From positions 8,723,009-8,787,008 of the forward strand of contig MU058781.1 in assembly GCA_013265495.1 (NCBI GenBank): 64,000 bases of DNA, given 5' to 3'. How positions within the stretch are numbered: the stretch's first letter is position 1; each line of letters opens with the position of its first letter. The notes under the pieces are model-generated. The model saw only the letters and a list, made by a program, of their open reading frames with translations. It had not been told where the DNA came from and searched no databases. Shown one piece after another: positions 26,901 to 39,965 of the stretch. The position numbers were made by a program, and so were the translations under genes. Origin of the DNA: Vicugna vicugna (lineage: Eukaryota).

Positions 26901-27391
26901 TAGCTCTGAAATTTCCCCATAGTACTGCTTTGTCTGCATCCCTTAAGTTTTGGTGTGTGGTGTTTGTTTTCATTCACGCCTAAATATTTTCCAATTTCTT
27001 TTGTGATTTCTTCTTTGATTCATAGGTTATTTAAAGGTGTGTTGTTTAACTTCCACAATTTTGTGAATTTTCCATTTTCTTTTTGTTACTTATTTCTGAC
27101 TTCATTCTCTTGTGGTCAGAGAAGATGCTTTGTATGATATTTATCTTTTAAAATCTCTGGAGTCTTAATTTGTGTTCTGAAATGTGGTCTTTCTGGAAAA
27201 TGTCCCATGTTTATTCCATTGTTATTGGGCAGTTTACCATTCAGATCTTCTCCTAGAAGTTGCTAGCCTTCAGCTAACTCCAGAGTTCCACAACAGTTAC
27301 ACCAGACAGGTGATGCCAATGCAGTTGTTGTCTAGGTGGGGAGCCAGAATCCTGCAGCTTCCCACTCTTCCATCTTCCCATAATTCTCCCG
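23928..27391 (-). mobile_element. L1 (L1M3/L1MB-like): 3' UTR plus most of a decayed ORF2 joined to about 160 bp of 5' UTR, bounded by a TSD
   Basis: ORF-track fragments match the L1 ORF2 C-terminus ([36 protein letters not shown]...NSKWIKDL). TSD aataatcatgtattttt (23911-23927) / aacaatcatgtattctt (27392-27408). Confidence 0.9.
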
Positions 27392-27434
27392 AACAATCAT
27401 GTATTCTTACCTAGAGTAAGTTACTGTATCTTAA

Positions 27435-27670
27435 GAGAAGTAGTGTACAATCAGTGATAAAGAATTTCAGATGAGATTGAGTACATCTTTGACTTGGCCA
27501 TCTACGTAACTTTGGGCAAGTTTTTAAATCCCTTTCAGCCTCAATTTCCTGTATCAAAGTTAGAGATAATGATACGTATATCAATATTGTTGTGAGGATA
27601 AATGGAACAGGTAATATAAAATGTATGGTTTACTGTCTGGCAAGCATTCAGCAACCATCTTTTACTATTA
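27435..27670 (+). mobile_element. MIR SINE
   Basis: gtaactttgggcaagttttt...gcctcaatttcctgtatc...ttgttgtgaggataaatg. Confidence 0.7.
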
Positions 27671-30600
27671 TTAGCAACTCCCCCTCCCCCCAGGTGATTT
27701 TAAAGGTGGTGATGATTTTCACAGAGATTGATGGGTGGTGATAATAAGGATATCTCTTTGTAAAGGGCATGAGATACAAGGGTACAGAGTTTAAATATGT
27801 TGACACAACTTTTTGAAGCAAAGGGTGTAGCCCAGCAGCTAATGGGGATAGGATAAGGGGGAAAAGTAGCTGCAATTTTTTTGAATTTAATACAAACAGA
27901 AGAAATGTTAGCAGCTGGGTTTGCCAAACAACCAAGAAGGAAAAGAAGGAAAAGAATTCCAGAAAGGGTACAGTTAAAGGCAGAGCCAGTACTTATTAGG
28001 ATGAGATTTTCCAGTTGGAGATTGAGGCAGTAACTCAGGTGGAGAGATCTCGTTTTACAGGGGAGGAGTCCCAGCCACCGGAAGCTGTTCAATGTTGTAT
28101 TCTGCTAGTTTCTCAGGTGTGTTACTTTTCCTTTGCTTTTTGATCTTGAAAAACAGGAATTATCATTTGAAGATCCAACCAGATTTTACTGATAAGAATA
28201 TCTTTTGTATTTGTTTAAAAGATCAAAAAGGTTGTAATTTTCCTGGAAATACTTTTAAGTATTTCTAAATACTTTAAGAATTATGATGAGGGTTCACAAT
28301 AGGCTATATTTAACAGTCAAGTCTGTCACAGCCTACAGTGTGTGAACCATTTGTTTGTTGAGTTTTTGTTTTTTTTCTTTGCTTCCTGATGCTTCCATAT
28401 GGAAGAATATAGCTGGGCTACAGTGTGATTTTTTTTTTCCAAAGTTTTGTTCTATGAAGGGCTTATTTTATAAAATTAAAGCTTTGAGAATGATTACACT
28501 TTATAAGAAATATAATGTAAAGATTATATTTAAAGCTTTGAGAAAAAGTATACTCAGTTTTAATTCAACTGATTAAAAATAAATAAGGATTACATTATGT
28601 GAGTGGCACAGAATATGTTAGTTTGAAGTGCTAATGTTGGAGTCCACAATGGTTTTTGCATATTTAAAATTTTAGTCTTTGACCCTAAGTAGGGAGGAGC
28701 AGAATCCTGAGTCTCATGAGCTTCCCCTGCCCAGTAACATAAGGTATCAGAATTTTTAAAAGTGTAACTCTGATTCTTAAATTATTCCCAAACTTGTGGT
28801 ATCTAAAGATGCACTTTAGAAGGAAAAAACATAATTTATTAAAATTTTTTATTTTCCTTTGCTTTATGTGGTTCAGGTATCCAATTGACATGTTCTCATG
28901 CATTTGAACCCTTTAAAATACTTTAATTTCTGGAAATTCGTAGTGATTCCATTTGTTTAGTTTCTGTAGTTTAAAAACATTCTACCACAGATGCTTTTTA
29001 AGATTTCAGAGTAATACTGCTAAAATTAAATGCCTAGTCTGTCTCTCCTTTTGAGGTTTTTTTAGTTATTTCTTGGCCTGGTGCCAGATAACAACCTGTG
29101 CAGAGATGAGTAGGTGTGGTGTCTGGCTGTATCCTTCCATCACAACAGGCTGTGTCTGTTCAGGAGTTTGCATCCTCCTTGCACTTCAGCAACCATCTCT
29201 TCTTGGTTTTGGCTTTCAGCAGTCAGCCCTCAAAGATCTTTTGTTTTCTGACGGTTGAAGAAACTGGCTCGGTGTTCTTATTCTTAAGACAATTATTTAA
29301 TTGTTTACAGATAACTGAAACTAATAGAGGTTTCTATGATGAATCCCTTTATTTTGTTGGAGACATGTCATGTCAAAATGATCGGTATCACAACTCCTGG
29401 TTATTCAGAAAATTGTTTTTAAACCAAATAGCATCAAAAGCTTTTTCTTTCTTTTCTGATTTTGTGTTGCTTATTTTTCCTGTGTATTATAAGAAATCTC
29501 TCTCATTTTTCACTGTAAGACATAGCAGATTTATTGCTTGAATTAGTGCTGTTATGCTTAAAAATGCACTGTGTAGAAATTTTCAGTTTATTGAAATAAT
29601 ATAAAATATTATTTTGGTAACTGCAGATAAGGATGAACCCATATTATACAATAAACAATTTAGAACTTCAGAAATATATCACATCAGCAACTCTGATTAG
29701 CCCCAAGGGAGCAGTTTAGTGAAGAATAGTTTGAATCTTTAATGTAATATTAATACTTACTGGCTTATTTTGAGTATTGTAAATGTTTCCAAATATCACC
29801 TTGTTTTATTTAAACTTTGGAGTACCCTTTCGTTAGTGACTTCCCATGGGGGCTACATTTCCACCTTTATTAACTGAGCCAGTAGGAAAATATGATTTGG
29901 TTTCCACAGTTGATTTAAGTCAGTGTATCAGCAACACATCTGTTTCATAAAGTTAGGTACACCTGGACGATGACAGTGCAGGATTACTTCCTCACAGAAT
30001 TGTTTAGAAGTCACATTAAACCACCGTTGGCCAATACTTACCAGTCACTTGGTAGGTGCAGGCAGTGTTCTGTGTATTTTCTGTGTGTGAATTCATTTAT
30101 GTTACAAATATTTGAAGTACACATTTCCAGTCTGTTTTCCTTCCCCTTCTGTAGGCTGGTGTCCCCTAAGAAAGTTACTTCTAAGAAATAGCCCAAGTTA
30201 GAAACAGTAGTAGCTTTTATTAAGATTATCCACTTAATTTGTGGAGCTCTGTTGGGACAGGAGGAATAAGAGAAACGGGTCAGGAGACCTGAGTGGTATT
30301 GGGATAGAGAGCAGCTTCCCGGGAAGGGTGGTGATTTCACTGGAGTGCATGGCAGTCATGGGGGGAATCGCAGGTGAATGAATCAGGTGGGGGCCCGCTG
30401 TGTCCAGTGGATCCTGGAGCTGCTGAGCAGGAGGGCACAGAGAGCTGTCAGCTTGGAGAACCTGAGCAGTAGGATGTTAAAAACACGCCAAGACAAATAA
30501 GGCGACACATTCTGCCACAGAGCAGCAGTTGGATGAGAAACAGAACTTGAAAACAAGGGTGAAGTAACTCGTTTGGGCCAGTGGCTGGCCAAGAAGCCTA

Positions 30601-30794
30601 GCCTTAGATTTCCAAAGAATGAAAGAGAGAAACACATTTTATAATGTTTCCATCCACAGGATGGTGCCTTCTGGCCATGTCTTTAAACAGATGTGCCGCA
30701 TCACTCTAGAGCTCATGTCGAGTGATTGCCTCTCTTGTTACTGCATCTCATCTGCACTTGTCTGTAGCTAGGATATCTGATACACATTAATTCT

Positions 30795-30895
30795 GAGGAG
30801 GCAACTTAGAGTGGAAATAGCAGGGAATTTGAGATTTGGCAGACCTAGATTTGAATTTCAGCTGTTACATGTCTTAAACAAGTTACTTACCTGAT
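30795..30895 (+). mobile_element. MIR 5' half, split by an L1 insertion
   Basis: ggcagacctagatttgaatttcagct...ttaaacaagttacttacct. Confidence 0.65.
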
Positions 30896-30896
30896 T

Positions 30897-33038
30897 CCTC
30901 CCCACCCCTAAACACACACAGTTTTACTGAGATATCATTGATACAGAACTTTGTATAAGTTTAAGATGTACAACATAGTTATTTGCATAATTATTTGATG
31001 TATGTATATACTGTGAAATGTTTACCACAGTAAGTTTAGTTAATATCCCTCATTTTACATAATCAGATTTTTTTCTTGTAAGGAGAACTTTTCAGTTCTG
31101 TTTTCTTAGCATCTTTCAGATCTCAAAACCGTGCTGATAAACTATAGTTGCCTTGCTGTACATTACATCTCCAGAATTCATTTATTTTATAATGAGTTGT
31201 TTATACCTTTAGACTTCCTTCACCCTTTTCTTCCACACCCTTGCCCCCGATTCCCCCTCTGGCAACCACCAATCTGTTATTTGTTTGTATGAAGTTTTTT
31301 TTTTTTTTCGGTATTTGTTTGTTTTTAGATTCCACAAATGAGTGAGATCACTCTGGCTAACTTATTTCAGTTAGCATAATGCCCTCAAGATTCATCCATG
31401 TTGTCGCAAATGAAAGGGTTGTCCTTTTTAATGGCTGAATATCACATTGTATAAAGGTATCACATTTTCTTCATCCATTCATTTGTTGAAGAATACTTAG
31501 GTTGTTTCCATATGTTGGCTATTGAAAATAATGCTGCAATGAAAATGAGGTTGCAGCCACCTCTTTGAGACAATGATTTCATCTCCTTTGTATATATACC
31601 CAGAAATGAAATTGCTGGATCATATGATAGTTATGTTTTTAATTTTTGAGGAACCTGTATACTATTTTTTCATGGTGGCTATATGTTTCCATTCCCACCA
31701 TTAATGCTTACAAGGGTTCCCTTTTATCTGCATCCTTGCCAGCTCTTTTTGACTCTTGTCTTTTTGAAAACAGCCTTTCTGACAGGTGTGAGGGGATCTC
31801 ATTTTGGTTTTGATGTGCATTTTCTTGATGATTAGTGATGTTGAGTATCTTTTCTTGTGCATTTGAATATTTTCTTTGGAAAAATGTCTATTCATATTCA
31901 TTAGCCATCTTAAAATTGGGTTTTTATTATTTGCTATTGAGCTGTATGGGATCTTTATATATTTTGCATATTGACCTGTTGTCAGATGTTTTGAATCCCT
32001 TATTATGGAATACTAATCAAATACTATGAATCACTTATTATGAATCAGACATGTGGTTTGTAAATATTTTCTCCCATTCTGTTGCTTGCCTTTTCATTTT
32101 GTTGATTCTTTCTTTTACTGTGCAGAAGCTTTTTAGTTTGATACAGTCCAACTTGTTTATTTTTACGTCTGTTACTTGTGCTTTAAAAGTGTCACATCCA
32201 AAAAATAATTGCCAAGAACAATGTCAAGGAGTTTTTCCCCTGTGTTTTCTTCTAGGAGTTTTATGGTGTCTGATCTTAAATTTAAGTCTTTAATTCATTT
32301 TGAATTAATTCTTGTCAGTGATGTATGTTAGCGATCTATTTTCATTCTTTTGCATGTGAATATCCAGTTTTCCCAGCACCATTTATTGAGTAGACTATCT
32401 TTTCTCCATTGAGTATTCTTGGTTCCTTTGTCAGATATTAGTTGACTGCGTATACAAGGGATTATTCAGGGCTCTCAGTTCTCTTACATTGATCTATTTG
32501 CCTGTTTTTACACCAGCACCATACTGTTTTGATTGCTATAGTTTTGTAATATGGTTTGAAGTGGGGAATTGTGAAGCCTCCAACTTTATTTTTTCTCAGG
32601 ATTGCTTTGGCTGTTTGGTGTCTTTTTAGTTTCTAAATGAATTTTAGGATTTTTTTTCCTATTTCTGTAAAAAATGTCATTAGAATCTTGATAAGATTGC
32701 ATTGAATCTTAGTTAGCTCTGGGTAGTATCAACATTTTAACAATATTAAGTATTCAGTCCATGAGCACAGGATGTCTTTCCACTTATTTGTGTTTTTTTT
32801 TTTTAATTTCTTTCATCGGTATCTTAAACCTTTCAGTATACAGATTTTTCACTTTCTTGGTTAAATTTAGTCCTTGATATTTTGTTGTTTTTTATGCTTT
32901 TGTAAATGAGATCATGATTTAGTCTTGTTAGGCTGTGTGTTTTAAGGAATTTATTTCTGCTAGGTTGTCCAATTTGTTGTTGTGTAGTTGTTCTGGTAGT
33001 ATCTTATGCTCCTTTTTATTTCTGTGAAATCAATTGTA
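30897..33038 (-). mobile_element. L1 (L1MA9-like) 3' portion, about 2.1 kb, decayed
   Basis: ORF2 C-terminal remnant MNRHFSKENIQMHKKRYSTSLIIKKMHIKTKMR, plus ttagattccacaaatgagtgagatca and cagttttcccagcaccatttattga. Confidence 0.9.
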
Positions 33039-33048
33039 TTATCTGACT

Positions 33049-33150
33049 TTTTGGAAGCATATTCTTTGTAAGATGGAGATAGTAATACCCAACTCTAGAA
33101 GAGTTAAATGAGGTAATGTATGCAAAACATCTCAGTGTTTTGGTGCTCAG
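33049..33150 (+). mobile_element. MIR 3' half
   Basis: tgtaagatggagatagtaataccc...ttaaatgaggtaatgtatgcaaaac. Confidence 0.65.
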
Positions 33151-34437
33151 TCAGGGCTAAAGAAAAGTAAGTTACTCTCCCAAGAAACAGCCAAAAAAAC
33201 CCAGTTTTCTTTTCCCCATTGTTCTGGAATGGATGAGAATTGAAAAGAGAAGACATACAACAACTGGGAGACTAGAACTTCTGTTCATAAGAGAGACAGC
33301 ACAGTTTGTACGTGTGTGTGTTTTTATGTAAATGGTTTAGGAAGAAAGGGATGTTAGCTGTTTAAGGTTGTATTTAGTTAAACAGTTAAAAATCGAACTG
33401 TATGTGTTATTTTACTTAAGAGTTCCATGCAAAAATAATTAGAAATTAAGCACTGCGTAGTTGCTTCCTGAGTACAATGATTTATATGCATTTTAAAGTT
33501 ATATATTAACAAAATTACACACTGGCCAGTTACAATTATTAAAAGTTTGATTTTCCTCAGTTTGAAATTTGAAAGCATTTGTATAATGATTGTCTTTTAA
33601 AACCTTACTATTATAGCGATTGAATCACTCATGTGAAGTTACTCTTTGTTTTGTTCAATGTTATTCAGCCTTATGTTTTTGGCATGGGAATATTTTATTG
33701 TGTATAATTGTTTTTAAATAAGAAAGTTTATTGAAACTGTATTTTAAAATTATAAAAGTAGAACCAACATTTTAGTTTTTAAAAGATGATTCTTTATCAT
33801 GTCTAAAGTCTGTTGGGAAATAATTCTACTTTTTAGTTTTTTTAAACTAATATTATCATTCTGCTTCTTTACTTTGACTAATATAACCCCAAAGAGCATT
33901 CACTGAATATGTTTTAATTTTTTTTCTGATTTTAAAGAGTGAAAAATATTATCTGAAGATTTCTAAGGATGTATTTTCTATATTGCCTATTTATTCTTGT
34001 ATCATTAGTTAAAAGTTGAATGAAAAGCTTTTCATTTCTGAAAAATACAGTATATTTAAGTAATAATAGAATTTTAGTTTTATGATAGCCAAAGAAATGT
34101 CAGTGGTTTTAAAAAGTGTGGACCTTTAATAATTATTGTGCATTTATTATCTTTGTTCCATATTAATGTGTACATTTAACTATAATATTATGTGATTTGT
34201 ACAATCTTTCTTGAATAGTTGAAACTTAAAAGAATTGCAAATTGCAACATTCTGTGCTTGGTGGAAATAAATTAAGTATGAAGCTTCGTAGATAATCATT
34301 TAAAAAATATGTCTTATATAAACTGGCAAATGATACCAAAACAGCATTTTGGGGGTATGTTTTGGATATTTTTTCCCCATGTTAAATGTGCACTGTCTTT
34401 AAAAATATAACTTTGTATATTTTTATCATTTGAACAG

Positions 34438-34541
34438 GTGTCTCAATGCTTGTACCTACTGCAAAACTAAACACGCCAGAGGAAATTTGGCCAGTTACCT
34501 GATTGATGAACTAGTTGATAGAGCCAAGCAGTCTTTTCAAG
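34438..34541 (+). CDS. CDKAL1: Internal coding exon of CDKAL1 (threonylcarbamoyladenosine tRNA methylthiotransferase) carrying the radical-SAM CxxxCxxC motif; probably the orthologue of human exon 9
   Basis: Pyrimidine-rich acceptor ...tttttatcatttgaacAG|G and donor CAAG|GTAAGA. After a 1-nt overhang it reads [34 protein letters not shown], matching the remembered CDKAL1 segment [37 protein letters not shown] except for P>L. Length 104 bp, flanked by a phase-2 and a phase-1 intron. Confidence 0.97.
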
Positions 34542-36349
34542 GTAAGAGTTCCTAGGATTCTGTGTGATTTAGTCTCCTTAATAAACTATAACTTCTAAGA
34601 AACACTTCACTTTCACTTTCTCATGCTTCCTTAGCTTTCTGAAGAGTTTACATATATTTATTCCAGCTTATCTAATGGTTGTTACCAGATTCAATCAATC
34701 AGGTTATGGTATTCACATAACTTCTTTCACCACTGCTCCATTTTCTTGTGACTTTAAGGTAAGTGACATATTTTGAACTTTATCACCTTTATGGAAAAAA
34801 GACCTAAATAAATAAATAAATAAATAAAAACACCCAGAAACCCATGACCTTCTGGTGTGTGTGAAGACTTTTGTGGACTGAGTGAAATATTTTCCAAGAT
34901 TTCTATACCTTTCTTTGATAGTTTTTGGACCATTTAGAAAATAGAGCTATTAGGGGTTTCTGGGAGTCTAGGGAAGAGAAGGTAGCTTTTGCTATGACCC
35001 AAAAGAGATAACCCCCTCATCCACAGGACTGTTGGACCAGGAAAGAGTGGTGCTGGTTGAGTCCTCATGGGAATAATTCTTTGTGTGGGTTGCCAGCTAC
35101 TTCTGAATCATCACTTGCTGGAAAATGTGATTATCTAGGTATCTCTTAGTGTATAGTGAGACTTAATCTTTAATATGAGTCATAGTTGTGTTGACACATA
35201 ATCATAAACTTCCTCTTTTGTCTTTGTTTATAATATGTGTATATAACATTGGTGTGTTTTCATAATCAACATGAGATAACCTATTGTTTCATAATCTTGT
35301 GGGTTAATAATTATTGGCAAAGTACTTTTCCTTTTAGCAAGTAACTTGCTAAAACTGAAGTTACTTTCAGTACTTCACACTCTAAATCTCAGAAATTAGG
35401 AGTTCCACACACATTTAGTCTAAAGCTTTTATCAACATGAATTTGAAGTGTTCTTTATAACAGAGAAAAATACCCTTGATTAATTTAACACATCTCAACA
35501 ATTACTTTCTACTTTAATATTCTTAACACAGTCCCCCCTCTGTTCACATTCAACTTGTATTGAAAGACAAATAAATGGAAACTCATTGAATCTTGTAATT
35601 GTTCTGTTTCAGAGCCAGGTAATTGTCTAATCTGAGGAAAAGTCTATCTGGTTGTCTTTTCTACAACATCACTACTTTAAGGATTTTTCAGAAAAGACAT
35701 GAATTTGCACAGAACCTTACTTTATTTGAAAAGTGATGCCTTTGCTGGCATGCTTAATTGCTGTGTGTTTTTTCCAAATATTTGTTGGATAATGGAGATA
35801 TTAAACCTACATAATCTAGCCACCAAACTCTGCAAATTGGAAGACATACAAATTAGTTTCTTTGAGACAATTTTTCAACATTATGTATTTCTAAGTGCAG
35901 TTGTTTAAAATTGTACTCATTTTACTCTGAAATTTTTTTTGAAAAATATGAAACTCTTAAATTACTGTGTAGGAAGTAAAAATATTCTCTTGGTTCCCTC
36001 ATATCTATCCTCACCTGTAACCTGTGTTTAACTACTTGATGTGATTGCTTCATGACTTAGTATTTACATTTGTATATTGTGTATTGTGCGTGATTTAAGA
36101 AGAAAGGAATAAATATAGTTGCTATGAACTGATTACAGAATTATTCCTAAGATATCTACCTTAGCTGTCTGATTTATCTTAAAAATGCCCTCTGAGCATC
36201 CAAGGTACAGTGTGTTACTTTGGTCTGCATTTAGTTGTTAGATAATATTGTCATGTCCAAGTGGGTTAGCTGGTTAAAGTGGGTGATTCAAAGCATATAT
36301 AAGAGGTTAGCAGAGAAAATATTAGAAGAGATTTATTTGGTATTACTTT

Positions 36350-36411
36350 CAGCAGCAGCAGTAGATAGATAGATAGACTGACCGACAGACAGACAGACAG
36401 ACAGACAGACA
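36350..36411. repeat. Compound (CAG)n(TAGA)n(CAGA)n microsatellite
   Basis: cagcagcagcagtagatagatagatagactgaccgacagacagacagacagacagacagaca. Confidence 0.95.
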
Positions 36412-36589
36412 ATCTCCTTTGCTATTCCCAATCATGGACTGCAATATAAAGTTTTCTGTTGTCTTGTTATCTGTATATTAGAGTTGAAATGGAAAGCTAG
36501 TTTTTGGACTTGGGAGCTCATTAGATTGATTTGTGGTAGTATTACTGAAATATTAAGGTCCTAACTTTGTAGGTAAGCCAGTGTGTTTT

Positions 36590-36790
36590 GGAAAATGTTA
36601 AGTCATGAGTATTTGATGCTCTTTGCCTAGAAGAGTCTGAATTTAAAACACTGCTCTGTTACATACCAGCCACGTGATCTGACCAAGCTACTTGACCTCA
36701 ACAAGCCATGGTTTTCTCATTACTATGATATTTAGTGTTGCTGGTTGTTAGAATTTGAGATAACTTACAGGTAGTAACTGGCTGGGTCCT
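36590..36790 (+). mobile_element. MIR SINE, degenerate
   Basis: ctgctctgttacataccagccacgtgatctgaccaagctacttgacctc...gttttctcatt. Confidence 0.55.
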
Positions 36791-39790
36791 TATTATGAGG
36801 AAGGAGACATGTTACTTGAACTGAAGGAATTTAAAATAAATCCAAGAAGAGAAGTCTAATTTTGAGTGAGAATATTGGAACATCTGTAACAGACATTAAT
36901 GACCAGAGTCGAATGACAGATTTAATTTTGCTTATAAAATATGTTTTATGAAAAATGTCTCTATCAATAGAAGCTACTTAGGATGACAATTACCTTTCAT
37001 TCTCTTAATTTGAGAACTGCTAAGGATGACCTTACGTTTTCTTCCCACTATAGAAAATAGCTGTCTGTAAGTTCACATTTTAAAGACTTGAGTTAGCAGC
37101 ATTATCTTTTTTTTTTCTACAGAAGACATTGAGATCATAATGGTCTTATAGAATTCCTATAGTTGAGTTTTAAAATTGTGAAGAATAATTATGAAGGTAA
37201 ATATCATAGAAGAAATAACTCATTTTCTTATTTCTGTGACTTTTGCCTATTTAGTTCTTTAATAGATCAGATATTAGGATTATTTTTACTTCACAACCCC
37301 TTAAATTCTGCATGATACTATTGTTAAGTTGTCCTATAATCAATAATAAACGTTATGGTTTTGAAAAGTTACTCTCAAATGAAAAGTCTAAAGATGCTGC
37401 CAGTAAATTTTTGTGCTATGTTTAAAGCCACTCTTGTCAGTGCACGTGAAATTTCCCATCCTGAAAAACTGCATTTCCTCCCTTTCTTTTTAAAAAATTT
37501 TTAAATGACTGTGTGTCACAAATACAAGATGATTTTTAAAAACTCTACACCAGTTGTGGTATGGAGATTAGAACCCTGGTTACCGGTCATATGACAGACT
37601 ATACAGTAAGATTACGGTTTCTTTCTGAGTAGCATATTTATGAAACATTTTCTATTCATAAACATTTATTTCTTAGAAGTCTAAAGAATGAAGAGAGTAG
37701 GGCTAACCCAAAGGCAAGGGAGCATTCAGCAGAGTTTCTTAAATAATCATGAAATCATTCTGAGTGTAAAGTGGTTTTCTAAAGTATTAACATGCTGATT
37801 TTACATTTAGCTGCCCAAAAGTGGGAAAGGGAGTTCATTAACTTTTGAATGGTATTTAGTTTATATTTCATTGTTTCTTAGCTTTTGTTCTCTTTTTCTG
37901 TCACTCAGCCTAGTCCCCTTGACATTTTCATTGACTATTTTTACCTTCTCAGTGTGTTGTATCATTTTTGTGGGCAGTTCCACGTGTGAGTGTAGGATTT
38001 ACCAGGTTAACTTCTGGGTATCATCTCATTGTCCTAACAGACCGTTGGGAAGCGTCCCCCTCCCCTCCTTACCTGTGTCGAGCTTTAGGCTTTAAAAATT
38101 CCTTGGCATAATAGTCTCTGGGGGCTGGAGTTTGACATGGTTACATTTTAGATATCTAGAAAAACATGTCAAGCAGTGACCAGGACTTTGTTGGGGCCAG
38201 AATGAATTTACAAGCTAGTGTTTTCTAGGATATTTGTATTGATTTTTCTCTAGCAGCTAATCAGTCAGTTTCAGTTGTATAAGTGATGGAGCAAACCTTT
38301 TTAAGTGTGCTGGGTGAGTGGTGTGGAAACAACACCTTTCACTGCTGTCTCTGGAATCAAAATGTAGAGATGATGGATGAGCTGTTTTTATAGCTCTTGT
38401 GTGCTTTTCTAGATCTCATTTCTCTGTTGGTACTTTTTTTTCTTCCTCATAAATCTGAACCACCCCGCCCCCCCCAAGATAACTGGCATAAACCAGTGAT
38501 GGAAAGGTAAATAAATTAAGATGAAATATTCAGAGCAAGGAGGAAATTTCTTGATGCTTCGTGATTTTAGGATTAATGTTGGGATTTTAAGAAATGGATT
38601 CTGTTTTATTTCAAGACTTGGAAAGATACTGTCTGTTGTGTATAAGATTAATTATGCAACATAGCTGGAAGACATTGCTTCTGCCCTTTTAGGTAGTAAA
38701 GGATATGAACAATATTTGATATTTTGGTGTATAAGCTGAATTGTATGGTTTACATCAAGCCGCATTTGACTTATCATCTGTCGCAGTGATTACCAAATAC
38801 TGATTTTCATCTAAGATCAAAAAGAGACCAATAATTGCGTCCTTTAATTTCTATGGCACTTATTTGTGTCTCTTTTATTCCTTTATCTTTTCATTTGTGC
38901 TGTGTTCAAATTCAGAAATCTGTTTCTTCTGTAGGATTAATAATGTTAATGTACATTTTTGTTACACATTGTCAACTTATAAAAAAGAACTTTAGGCAAC
39001 TTACATTAAATGATTGTATGTAATAGACCATGAAAATAAAGGCTGTATAAAACGCTGTATTGTGTTTTGAAAGAGGGAAGATAGTTTTACCAACTGGTAA
39101 ATCGTGGCTCTTTCAAAGCATAAGGAAATAGGGTGATTTATATAATTTGATATGGGTGTATAAAAGGAAGTATATAGTTTATAATGAGGCTGTAAATATG
39201 AAGGTTTATTTTCATATGTCCTTTTCTAAGAGACATTGACAAATATAACAGAAATGCCTTTAGCTGGTAAGATACAGAATTTCAAGATACAGTCTCCACA
39301 TGGCCTTTTCTTCTGTTGATTTTTACAAAACCGCCAAATAAAATATTGAAATGTGACTTTTAAAGGAATTTTAATGAGAGAGCGAAATAAATGTAATGTA
39401 CATAATACATATAACTTGATAGGGATAGGATGTCTAAATAGCTGTTTATCAGATACTCAATTTAAATAAACCGAGATTTATCACTTTGATTTCATAGTGT
39501 GTTAGTTGAGGCTCTCTATGGCAGACCAGAGTATAAGTTACTTGACTCTTATCTCTTCAGACCTTTGAGTTTCTAAGTCAGTAGTGTGCAGAGTTTTCTT
39601 AGCAATAAAGGAACTCTTTCTTCAAATGAAATTGGAAAAGTAAAAGCAGAACTGCTGTGATTGAAGTAGAGGTGGGGCCCAGTTTAATGAGCCCTCGCTC
39701 CTGTGGCCTTTTCTCGGAGCCTTTAGGATGCAAGCTGAACCGGCTGGTGCAGATGAGTATTTCTCTGGTGTGTTCCTTTATACACCGGTC

Positions 39791-39965
39791 CAGAGCTGGC
39801 AGGCGTTTTCTTAAAGGGCCAGATGGTAGAGTATTCTAGGCTTCATGGGCTGTAAGACCTCTGTTGCAAGTGTCCACTTTTGTCCTTGTAGCGTGAAAAC
39901 AGCCCCAGACAGTGCATGAGTGGATGGTGTGGCTGCGTTCTGGTGAAACCGTGTTTAGAACAGGA
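39791..39965 (+). mobile_element. MER58A-like (hAT-Charlie) MITE, 3'-truncated
   Basis: ttttcttaaagggccagatggtagagtattctaggcttcatgggc...ttgtagcgtgaaaacagcc...gtgtggctgcgttc. Confidence 0.8.

Larger units (their letters stand above)
1..34437 (+). other. CDKAL1: CDKAL1 intron upstream of the radical-SAM exon (partial)
   Basis: Ends in AG at 34436-34437. No other CDKAL1-like coding sequence was recognised upstream, and CDKAL1 is known to have very long introns. Confidence 0.85.

Noticed and set aside
29060..29260. Exon-like or retrocopy-like GC-balanced stretch
   Set aside because: The frames I translated hit early stops or gave no recognisable protein, and there is no polyA tail or TSD.
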